Source of the DNA: Xanthomonas campestris pv. campestris str. ATCC 33913
Lineage (GTDB): Bacteria; Pseudomonadota; Gammaproteobacteria; Xanthomonadales; Xanthomonadaceae
Assembly: GCF_000007145.1 (NCBI RefSeq)
Contig: NC_003902.1
Span: 817,436-849,435, forward strand
DNA: 32,000 nucleotides
Reading direction: 5' to 3'
Translations under genes and position numbers: made by a program
Shown: positions 16,621 to 24,236 of the stretch, piece after piece
Position numbering within the stretch: position 1 is the stretch's first letter
Layout of the letters: each line of letters opens with the position of its first letter
Notes under the pieces: generated by a model
Database searches by the model: none
What the model was told of the DNA's origin: nothing
The model's input: the letters and a program-made list of their open reading frames with translations, nothing else

Positions 16621-17145
16621 ATGCATTGCCCCTTCTGCCAGCACAATGACACCCGCGTGATCGATTCGCGCGTGTCCGAAGACGGGACGACGATCCGTCG
16701 GCGTCGCGAATGCGAGGCGTGCGGCGAGCGTTTCAGCACCCTGGAAACCATCGAGCTGAAGTTGCCGACGGTGGTCAAGAGCGATGGCGGGCGCGAGGCA
16801 TTCGATGCGCGCAAGTTGCGCACCAGCTTCGACCGCGCGCTGCAAAAGCGGCCGGTGTCCGAAGAACAGATCGAAGCGGCGGTGCGTGCGGTGGTGCACC
16901 AGCTGCGGATGTCCGGCGAGCGCGAAGTCGGCTCGCTGCGGGTAGGCGAATACGTGATGGTGGAGCTGCGCAAGCTCGACCATGTCGGCTATGTGCGCTT
17001 CGCCTCGGTGTACCGCAGTTTCCAGGACGTGGCCGATTTCCGCGAAGAGATCGAAAAGCTCGAACGCGAACTCCCGGTCGGCAGCGAGCAGCTGCCATTG
17101 CTGGAAGCAGCCCTGGAACGCGCCGGCAAGCCCGGCAAGCGTTGA
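16621..17145 (+). CDS. nrdR: transcriptional repressor NrdR
   Basis: [17 protein letters not shown]...[10 protein letters not shown] is the zinc ribbon, and an ATP-cone domain follows. Length 174 aa. Confidence 0.95.
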   Translation: MHCPFCQHNDTRVIDSRVSEDGTTIRRRRECEACGERFSTLETIELKLPTVVKSDGGREAFDARKLRTSFDRALQKRPVSEEQIEAAVRAVVHQLRMSGEREVGSLRVGEYVMVELRKLDHVGYVRFASVYRSFQDVADFREEIEKLERELPVGSEQLPLLEAALERAGKPGKR

Positions 17146-17150
17146 GCGTG

Positions 17151-17624
17151 ATGCGCATCGCGTGCGTTGCCGACACGCCGGACCTCCTGCCTGTCATTGC
17201 GCAGGCACATCTCCAGGCCTTCGGCGCCTTGCTGCCGGACTGGAATTTTGATCAGGCATTGGAAGAACTGCAGAGCCACGACCGCGACGGGGTGATTCCC
17301 ACCACGTGGGTGGCACTGGATGACACGCAGTGGCTCGGCTCGGTGAGCCTGCTGGAGAACGACGATGCGCGCATCCGGCAATGGTCGCCGTGGCTGGCGT
17401 CGCTGTACGTGCAGCCGCAGGCGCGCGGGCAGGGCATCGGTGAGGCACTGGTGACGCATTGCGTGCAGGCCGCCGCGCATCTGGGCGTGGCGGCGTTGTA
17501 TCTGTACTGCCAGCCCGCACTGGTGCCGTACTACCAGCGCCTGGGCTGGCAGGCGCATGCCGAATTGTTGCTGGGGCCACTGCAGATCGTAGTGATGCAG
17601 ATCGAACCGGCAGTAGTGCGGTGA
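17151..17624 (+). CDS. GNAT-family N-acetyltransferase
   Basis: LYVQPQARGQGIGEALV is the acetyl-CoA-binding motif A (Q/RxxGxG/A). The 157-aa length fits. It lies between nrdR and ribD. Confidence 0.8.
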   Translation: MRIACVADTPDLLPVIAQAHLQAFGALLPDWNFDQALEELQSHDRDGVIPTTWVALDDTQWLGSVSLLENDDARIRQWSPWLASLYVQPQARGQGIGEALVTHCVQAAAHLGVAALYLYCQPALVPYYQRLGWQAHAELLLGPLQIVVMQIEPAVVR

Positions 17625-18715
17625 GCGTGAGCGCAGACAACCACCGCTGGATGGCACAGGCACTGCGCCTGGCCGAGCGCGGCGCTTACACCACCCGTCC
17701 CAATCCGATGGTGGGCTGCGTGATCGTGCGCGATGGCGCGTGCGTGGGCGAGGGGTTTCATCAGCGTGCCGGCGGCCCGCATGCAGAAGTGTTCGCGCTG
17801 CGTGCGGCGGGCGAACAGGCGCGGGGTGCAACGGCGTATGTGACCCTGGAGCCCTGCGCGCATTACGGGCGCACGCCGCCGTGTGCGCTGGCCTTGATCG
17901 CGGCCGGCGTCACACGCGTGGTCGCGGCGATGGCGGACCCGTTTCCGCAGGTCAATGGTGGTGGCTTCACCTTGCTGCGCGATGCAGGGATCCAGGTGCA
18001 CAGCGGGGTGATGGAAGCGCAGGCACGCGCGCTCAACCAGGGCTTTCTGTCGCGCGTGGAGCGTGGCCGCCCATGGGTGCGGGTCAAACTCGGTGCCAGC
18101 CTGGATGGGCGCACCGCGATGGCCAGCGGCGAATCGAAGTGGATCACCGGCGCCGATGCGCGCGCGGATGTGCAGCGCTGGCGCGCACGTGCCGGCGTGA
18201 TCCTGACCGGTGCCGGCACGGTGCTGGCCGATGACCCATCGATGACGGTGCGGCTGGGCGAGGACACGCCGTGCGTGCCGCCGCTGCGGGTGGTGCTCGA
18301 TGCCGGCTTGCGCACGCTGGCGTGCGCCAACATTCGCCAGGGCGATGCGCCCACCTTGTATCTGCACGGCGCCGATGTCACGGCGCCGGCGTTCGACGGC
18401 GCGGAGTTTGCCGCGATGCCGTTGCATGCGGGTCGCTTCGATCTGGCCGCGGTGCTGGCATCGCTGGCCGAGCGCGGTATCAACGAGGTGCACGTGGAAG
18501 CCGGCGCCACGTTGAGCGGCGCACTGCTGCAGGCCGGCCTGGTCGATGAGCTGTTGGTCTACATGGCGCCGGTGCTGCTGGGTGAGACTGCGCGGCCGCT
18601 GCTGGCTGGGCTCGGCATCGACACCATGGCGCAGCGGCATGCATTGCAGCTGCTCGATGTCCGCCACATTGGCCAGGATTTGCGACTGCGCTATGCGCCG
18701 GTTGCTACTGCGTAG
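17621..18715 (+). CDS. ribD: bifunctional diaminohydroxyphosphoribosylaminopyrimidine deaminase / 5-amino-6-(5-phosphoribosylamino)uracil reductase
   Basis: MAQALRLAERGAYTTRPNPMVGCVIV, HAEV and TLEPCAHYGRTPPC are the deaminase zinc motifs. The reductase domain follows. GTG 17621 overlaps the GNAT stop (GTGA). ATG 17651 is an alternative start. Confidence 0.9.
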   Translation: MSVSADNHRWMAQALRLAERGAYTTRPNPMVGCVIVRDGACVGEGFHQRAGGPHAEVFALRAAGEQARGATAYVTLEPCAHYGRTPPCALALIAAGVTRVVAAMADPFPQVNGGGFTLLRDAGIQVHSGVMEAQARALNQGFLSRVERGRPWVRVKLGASLDGRTAMASGESKWITGADARADVQRWRARAGVILTGAGTVLADDPSMTVRLGEDTPCVPPLRVVLDAGLRTLACANIRQGDAPTLYLHGADVTAPAFDGAEFAAMPLHAGRFDLAAVLASLAERGINEVHVEAGATLSGALLQAGLVDELLVYMAPVLLGETARPLLAGLGIDTMAQRHALQLLDVRHIGQDLRLRYAPVATA

Positions 18716-18742
18716 TTACTGTGCGGTGCGTTTGACGCCGCA

Positions 18743-18766
18743 TAAAAAGGCCCCGCATGCGGGGCC
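18743..18766. terminator. rho-independent terminator (best on the minus strand) between ribD and the Ax21-like gene
   Basis: AAAAA is followed by GGCCCCGCATGCGGGGCC, an 18-nt perfect palindrome. The minus-strand reading gives the stem followed by TTTTTAT. Confidence 0.75.
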
Positions 18767-18788
18767 TCTACGTCTTGAGCGCGCTGGA

Positions 18789-19412
18789 TCAGAAGCTTGC
18801 GCGCACGCCGACCTTGTACTGGTTGGCGTCGTCGATGAACTGGACTTCGCCGACCAGGCCCCAGGTGGGGGTGAAGTTCACCTGGCCACCGAGGGTGCCG
18901 ACGAACTCGCCTTCGTCCACGTCGCTGCCATCGATGTAGCCGGCCTTGATCCAGGCTTCGGTCCGCGGCGAGGGCTTGCCACGCAGGCCCAGGTTGGCGA
19001 AGCCGAGGTTGCTCGAGTCCGACGAGTCGTCGAGCGAGCGGCCACGCAGGCGCAGGTCGGATTCGACCTTGGTGCGCAGCACGCTGATGTCGGCGGTGAA
19101 GTCGACGCGCTCGGTCATTTCCTGGCGGTAACCGATACCCAGGGTGGCTTGCTGCAGGGTGCCTTCGAGCACGAAGCCGCCGCCGAGGTTGAAGTCCTTG
19201 TTGGCACGCTCATAGCCGCCGAACACATACACCGGCTGTGCAATCTGCCAGGACCCGCGAACGTAGCCGCCGTCGATGTCGTCGGATTCGCCGTTGACGC
19301 CGATCTCGGTACGGTTCCAGCCACCTTCCACGTAGGAATAGCTCAGGCCTTCGGCCGAGGCGGCAAACGGTGCGGCTGCCAGCAGGGCGGCCAGAATCAG
19401 GGTGTTACGCAT
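18789..19412 (-). CDS. Ax21-family small outer-membrane beta-barrel protein
   Basis: MRNTLILAALLAAAPFAASAEGLSYSYVEGGW resembles the Ax21/Omp1X N-terminus (LLAALPFAASA...LSYNFVEG). The sequence ends in a C-terminal Phe. GGAGAG lies upstream of the start. Length 207 aa. Confidence 0.7.
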   Translation of the reverse strand: MRNTLILAALLAAAPFAASAEGLSYSYVEGGWNRTEIGVNGESDDIDGGYVRGSWQIAQPVYVFGGYERANKDFNLGGGFVLEGTLQQATLGIGYRQEMTERVDFTADISVLRTKVESDLRLRGRSLDDSSDSSNLGFANLGLRGKPSPRTEAWIKAGYIDGSDVDEGEFVGTLGGQVNFTPTWGLVGEVQFIDDANQYKVGVRASF

Positions 19413-19633
19413 GGGGTGTTTCTCTCCGAATTGATGTCCGTGTCTTCGTCCCGTTGCGGGGCGAAAATAGCGACGTCTCCCGCCGCGGCGCGCACTTTAA
19501 CAAAGCCTTCACGATTCTGGCTATGGGGAATTTCCCGACATGACGCAGCGTCCTGCCAGGCATGTCTTGGCAGTCAGCTATCGCCGGAAGCCGCCCTGTA
19601 GAATTGACGCGCCGGTTCGCCGGTACTTACGAA

Positions 19634-19796
19634 CGTCTTCAGGGCGGGGTGCGATTCCCCACCGGCGGTATGCATGCGCAAGCGTGTGAGCCCGCGAGCG
19701 CTTCGCTGCCGATCTCTCGCTGAGAGCACGGCGGTGAAGGTCAGCAGATCCGGTGCGATGCCGGGGCCGACGGTATAGTCCGGATGAAAGAAGACG
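19634..19796 (+). promoter_or_regulatory. FMN riboswitch (RFN element) aptamer
   Basis: The sequence CGTCTTCAGGGCGGGGTGCGATTCCCCACCGGCGGTA...AGCCCGCGAGCG...GGGGCCGACGGTATAGTCCGGATGAAAGAAGACG matches the conserved RFN core. The P1 stem pairs CGTCTTC with GAAGACG. A TTGACG -35-like hexamer lies at 19604. Confidence 0.9.
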
Positions 19797-19802
19797 GCCA
19801 AC

Positions 19803-19866
19803 GCGCAGCCCTTGCGGCTGCGCGCGCGCCTGTTTGCCTTGCGGCGTTTTTCGCTCAACTTTTTTG
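19803..19866 (+). terminator. putative FMN-riboswitch expression platform (hairpin followed by T-tracts)
   Basis: The hairpin is GCGCAGCC-CTTGC-GGCTGCGC (19803..19823). It is followed by GGCGTTTTTCGCTCAACTTTTTTGCG. The exact terminator and antiterminator pairing was not resolved by eye. Confidence 0.35.
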
Positions 19867-19967
19867 CGAGAAACGGCTATGTCCACCATGCGTCATCCAG
19901 CGTGCTACCGCACGCCAGTCCAGCGCTCTACGCGCGCCTTGCGGCCATTGCCCACAGGAGCGTGCTG

Positions 19968-20570
19968 ATGTTCACCGGCATTATTGAAGGCGTTGGCCGC
20001 CTGGCCGCGCGCCAGCCGCAGGGCGGCGATGTACGTTTTACCTTCGCCACCGGCAGCCTGCCGTTCGAGGCGGTGCAGCTCGGCGAAAGCATCGCAGTCA
20101 ACGGCGTCTGCCTGACCGTGATTGCATTCGATGCGGCCAGTTTCCAGGCCGATGCGTCCACCGAAACCCTGTCGCTGACCACGCTGGGCAGCTTGCAGGA
20201 AGGCGCGGTGTTGAACCTGGAACGCGCGATGCGGCCCACCGATCGGCTGGGTGGCCACCTGGTCAGCGGGCATGTGGATGGCCTGGGCCAGGTGCAATCG
20301 GTGCATGGCGATGCACGCGCGCAACGTTGGCGCTTTGCGGCGCCGCCGCAGGTGCTGCGGTATGTCGCCAAGAAGGGCTCGATCTGCGTCGACGGTGTCA
20401 GCCTCACCGTCAATGAAGTGGACGATGCCGGGTTCGAGGTCGCGTTGATTCCGCATACCGTGGCTAATACCGCGTTTTCGGAAACGGCGGTGGGCGCGGC
20501 GGTGAATCTGGAGATCGACCTGGTGGCGCGCTACGTCGAACGCCTGCTTGGCACGCGAGGTGCGGCATGA
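19968..20570 (+). CDS. ribE: riboflavin synthase (alpha chain)
   Basis: The N-terminus MFTGIIEGVGRL and the internal duplicated lumazine-binding repeat (GESIAVNGVCLTV and GSICVDGVSLTV) identify it. AGGAG lies upstream. Length 200 aa. Confidence 0.9.
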   Translation: MFTGIIEGVGRLAARQPQGGDVRFTFATGSLPFEAVQLGESIAVNGVCLTVIAFDAASFQADASTETLSLTTLGSLQEGAVLNLERAMRPTDRLGGHLVSGHVDGLGQVQSVHGDARAQRWRFAAPPQVLRYVAKKGSICVDGVSLTVNEVDDAGFEVALIPHTVANTAFSETAVGAAVNLEIDLVARYVERLLGTRGAA

Positions 20571-21697
20571 ATTTCGCGCCTGTCCCCGAATTGATCGAAG
20601 AGCTGCGCGCCGGCCGCATGGTGGTGATCGTCGATGACGAAGACCGCGAAAACGAAGGCGATCTGATCATGGCGGCCGAGTTGGTCAAGCCGTCGGACAT
20701 CAACTTCATGGTCACCCACGCACGTGGCCTGGTGTGCCTGTCGCTGACCCGCGAGCGCTGCACGCAGCTCGGTCTGGCACCGATGGTGCGCAACAACACC
20801 GCGCAGTTCCATACCAACTTCACCGTCAGCATTGAGGCGGCCGAAGGGGTCACCACCGGGATTTCCGCCTACGACCGCGCGCATACCGTGCGCACCGCGG
20901 TGCGGCCGGATGCCAAACCGCACGATCTCAGCCAGCCGGGGCACATTTTCCCGCTGATTGCGCAGCCGGGTGGCGTGCTGACGCGCGCCGGGCACACCGA
21001 GGCGGCCAGCGATCTGCCGATGCTGGCCGGGCTGGAACCGGCCGGTGTACTGGTGGAAGTACTCAACCCCGACGGCAGCATGGCGCGCCGCCCGCAGCTG
21101 GAGGTGTTCGCGCGCGAGCATGGGCTGAAGATGGGCTCGATCGCCGATCTGATCGCCTACCGGCTGGCCAACGAACACACCGTCGAGCGCGTGGATGAAC
21201 GTGAGATCGAAACCGAGTTCGGGCCGTTCCATCTGGTGACCTACCGCGACCGCATCGCGCACGACCTGCATTTCGCGCTGGTGCGTGGCACCCCGGATCC
21301 GACCACGCCAACCCTGGTCCGCGTGCAGGTGGAAAACCCGCTGGCCGATCTGCTGCACTGGCAGCGCGATGATTTCGGCGTGGCCGCCACCGATGCGCTG
21401 CGCGCGATTGCTGCCGAAGGGCAGGGCGTGATGGTGGTGCTGTCGGCCCCGCGCGACAGCGAATCGCTGCTGGCACGCCTGCGCCAACAGCCGGAGGTGG
21501 CCGCCAACGCCAAGGATGTGAGCCAGTGGCGCCGCAACGGTGCTGGCGCGCAGATCCTGGCCGACCTGGGCCTGGGCAAGCTGCGCGTGCTGGGTACGCC
21601 GCGGCGGCAGGTCGGCCTGGCCGGCTTCGGCCTGGAGGTGGTGGAGTTTCTGGAATGCCATCCGGGCGCCGCCTCGCGCGTGGCCGCCGCGCCCTGA
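20567..21697 (+). CDS. ribBA: 3,4-dihydroxy-2-butanone-4-phosphate synthase fused to a GTP-cyclohydrolase-II-like domain that lacks the zinc cysteines (ribBX type)
   Basis: The RibB domain shows VIVDDEDRENEGDLIMAAE and GHTEAA. The C-terminal domain aligns to RibA, but RVHSEC is replaced by RVQVEN and LRCDCG by WQRDDFG. The start overlaps ribE with ATGA. Confidence 0.9.
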   Translation: MNFAPVPELIEELRAGRMVVIVDDEDRENEGDLIMAAELVKPSDINFMVTHARGLVCLSLTRERCTQLGLAPMVRNNTAQFHTNFTVSIEAAEGVTTGISAYDRAHTVRTAVRPDAKPHDLSQPGHIFPLIAQPGGVLTRAGHTEAASDLPMLAGLEPAGVLVEVLNPDGSMARRPQLEVFAREHGLKMGSIADLIAYRLANEHTVERVDEREIETEFGPFHLVTYRDRIAHDLHFALVRGTPDPTTPTLVRVQVENPLADLLHWQRDDFGVAATDALRAIAAEGQGVMVVLSAPRDSESLLARLRQQPEVAANAKDVSQWRRNGAGAQILADLGLGKLRVLGTPRRQVGLAGFGLEVVEFLECHPGAASRVAAAP

Positions 21698-21706
21698 GCC
21701 GGCGGC

Positions 21707-21774
21707 CGCCACGGCCAGGCCTGCGCAGGCGGGCCCGGCCGTGGCGTGCAGCCCGGGCGCATTGCCCGGCTGCT
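21707..21774 (+). other. two GC-rich intercistronic hairpins between ribBA and ribH
   Basis: CGCCACGGCC (21707..21716) pairs with GGCCGTGGCG (21737..21746) and encloses the palindrome GCCTGCGCAGGC. A second hairpin, GCAGCCCGGG-CGCATTG-CCCGGCTGC, is followed by TGTTAAACTT. Confidence 0.5.
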
Positions 21775-21809
21775 GTTAAACTTCCCGCCCCCTCGAGTTG
21801 CCGACCCGC

Positions 21810-22274
21810 ATGACCCACTACGAAGGCGATCTTCGCCCCACCACCGCGCGCTTTGTGATCATCGCCAGCCGCTGGAATGCCCGTATCACCGACGCCCTGG
21901 TGACCGGTGCGCGTCAGAGCCTGGCCGGCAACGGCATCGGCGAAGACGCCATCGACGTGGTGCGCGTGCCCGGCGCCTGGGAAATCCCGATGGCCGCCAA
22001 CCGCGTCGCCCAGGGCGGCCAGCATGCGGCGATCATCGCGCTGGGCTGCGTCATCCGTGGCGATACCCGCCATTACGAACACGTCGCCGACCTGTGCGCC
22101 GAAGGCCTGATGAGCGTGCAGTTGCAGACCGGCGTGCCGGTGCTCAACGGCGTGCTGGCGGTCGAGCGCGTGGAAGATGCCGAGGCACGTGCCGGCGGCA
22201 GCCACGGCAACAAGGGCGAAGAATGCGCCCTGGCCGCACTGGAACTGGTCAATTTGATGGAGCTGTTGCCATGA
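21810..22274 (+). CDS. ribH: 6,7-dimethyl-8-ribityllumazine synthase
   Basis: [28 protein letters not shown] and [14 protein letters not shown] are lumazine synthase signatures. Length 154 aa from ATG 21810. Confidence 0.9.
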
Positions 22275-22750
22275 GCAAGCCCGGTGGACACGCCCGCCAC
22301 GGACGTCGTGACGGCATCGACCCGGTGCTGCGCTCGCGCGCACGCCGTCGCGCCTTGCAGGCGGTGTATGCCTGGCAGATCGCCGGTGGGTTCGCCAAGC
22401 AGGTGATCGCTCAGTTTGCCCACGAGCAAGCGCATGAAGTGGCCGATCTGGCCTACTTCGAAAGCCTGGTGGAAGGCGTGCTCAGCAACCGCAGCGAGCT
22501 GGATACCGCGCTGACGCCGTACCTGGACCGTGGCGTGGAAGAAGTCGATGCGATCGAGCGCGCCGTGCTGCGCCTGGCCGCCTACGAGCTGTTGTATCGC
22601 CAGGACGTGCCGTACCGCGTGGTGATCAACGAAGCGATCGAAACCGCCAAGCGTTTTGGTTCCGAACACGGCCACACCTATGTCAACGGCGTGCTGGACC
22701 GCGCAGCCGTGGAGTGGCGCAAGATGGAATCGGGCGCCAGCGGCGCGTGA
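22271..22750 (+). CDS. nusB: transcription antitermination factor NusB
   Basis: [17 protein letters not shown]...[33 protein letters not shown]...YVNGVLD identifies it. The start overlaps the ribH stop with ATGA. Confidence 0.9.
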
Positions 22751-22757
22751 GGCGCCG

Positions 22758-22855
22758 CGGGAATGGGGAGTCGGGAATGGAGAATCGGAAGAGCAACGTT
22801 TCCGACATCTCCTGACGCGCCTTTGCGATTCCCGATTCCCCTCTCCCGATTCCCG
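22758..22855. repeat. heptamer-based REP-like inverted repeat
   Basis: The left arm is GGGAATG GGGAGTC GGGAATG GAGAATC GG. The spacer contains AGCAACG. The right arm is CGATTCC CGATTCC CCTCTCC CGATTCC CG. It fills the nusB-thiL spacer and ends 5 nt before the thiL ATG. Confidence 0.8.
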
Positions 22856-22860
22856 TCCTC

Positions 22861-23835
22861 ATGCCCGAATTCGATCTGATCGCCCGCCTGCGTGCCCGCA
22901 TTGCTGCGCGGGCCGATGTGCCCCTGGGCATCGGTGACGATGCGGCGCTGCTGCAGCCGCCGGTTGGCGAGCAGTTGGCGATCACCGCCGATACGCTCAA
23001 TGCCGGCGTGCATTTCCCGCTGGAAACACGCGCCGCCGACCTCGGCTGGAAGACGCTGGCGGTCAATCTCTCCGATCTGGCCGCGATGGGCGCGCAGCCG
23101 CGCTGGTGCACCTTGTCGCTGTCGTTGCCCCACGACGATGCCGCGTGGGTGGATGCGTTCGCCGATGGGTTTTTTGCGCTGGCCGATCTGCACGGCATTG
23201 CTCTGGTCGGTGGCGACACCACGTGCGGGCCGTTGTCGTGCGCGGTCACCGCGATCGGCAGCCTGCCACCAGGCGCGGCGTTGCGCCGCGATGGCGCACG
23301 CGTCGGCGACGACATCTGGGTGACCGGTGCGCTGGGCGAGGCGGCGGCGGCATTGTCGCTGTGGCAGGCCGGCGACCTGGACGTGACGGTGCCGGCCACT
23401 GACGCCGTGCAGGAGCAGTGGCGACAGCACCTGCTGCGCCCGCAGCCACGCGTACAGGCCGGACTGCGCCTACGTGGGCTTGCCCATGCCTGCATCGATG
23501 TGTCCGATGGTCTGTTGGCCGATCTGGGGCATTTGTGCGAACGCAGCGGCGTGGGCGCGGAACTTGCGCTGGCTGCCTTGCCGCAGATGCCATCCACCGC
23601 CGGCGTCACCGCCACGCAGTACAGCGCGTGGCAACTGGGCGGCGGCGACGATTACGAACTGTGCTTCACCGCTGCCGTGCAGCATCGCGATGCGGTGCTG
23701 CAGGCACTGGAATTCGCACAAGTGGCCGCCACCCGCATCGGGCGCATCGTCGCCGCGCCCGGCGTGGTGGTCCACGATGCCAGCGGCAACCCATGGCAAC
23801 CTCCGCAACGCGGCTACCAGCACTTCGTCGGCTGA
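22861..23835 (+). CDS. thiL: thiamine-monophosphate kinase
   Basis: MPEFDLIARL...GIGDDAALL...AITADTLNAGVHF and GGDT are AIR-synthase-fold ThiL motifs. Length 324 aa. Confidence 0.9.
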   Translation: MPEFDLIARLRARIAARADVPLGIGDDAALLQPPVGEQLAITADTLNAGVHFPLETRAADLGWKTLAVNLSDLAAMGAQPRWCTLSLSLPHDDAAWVDAFADGFFALADLHGIALVGGDTTCGPLSCAVTAIGSLPPGAALRRDGARVGDDIWVTGALGEAAAALSLWQAGDLDVTVPATDAVQEQWRQHLLRPQPRVQAGLRLRGLAHACIDVSDGLLADLGHLCERSGVGAELALAALPQMPSTAGVTATQYSAWQLGGGDDYELCFTAAVQHRDAVLQALEFAQVAATRIGRIVAAPGVVVHDASGNPWQPPQRGYQHFVG

Positions 23836-24093
23836 GTCGGTTGGCGCTGTGTACTGCGGGTGGGGTAGGCGCAGGGTGAGTCTTACGCGTTCGCTTTGAT
23901 GGTCCATTCGACTGTAATGACCATGCGATTAGCACCATTGCGGGTTGCGCAGCGAGCGTGATTTTCGAATGTGCAGTGCTACAGCGCCTTTGAATCGGCA
24001 AACGTATTGATCCGACGTATTCGGGCGCAGCTGCGTCGGCCAATCCGAAGTAACAATCTAACCGCCTGCCTGCGGCTTAACCGGTGCTCGTCC

Positions 24094-24122
24094 CGACTCC
24101 CTATTCCCGATTCCCGATTCCC
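24094..24122 (+). repeat. solo C-rich heptamer arm of the REP-like family
   Basis: The units are CGACTCC CTATTCC CGATTCC CGATTCC C. I see no complementary G-rich arm nearby. It lies 114 nt upstream of the hydrolase ATG. Confidence 0.6.
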
Positions 24123-24236
24123 AACCCTTGAGCCATACCGTACCGGCTGGTACGTTCACCACGTTCTCCCCCGAACCACGGATGCATCGCAGTTGCCGCT
24201 GGGCTATCCCGGCCCGGCCTCGCGTGGGAGAACACG

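Noticed and set aside
21746-22270. N-terminal 175-aa extension of the ORF that contains nusB
   Set aside because: The extension overlaps all of ribH in another frame and is Arg/Pro-rich. NusB homology begins at ATG 22271, which forms an ATGA overlap with the ribH stop.
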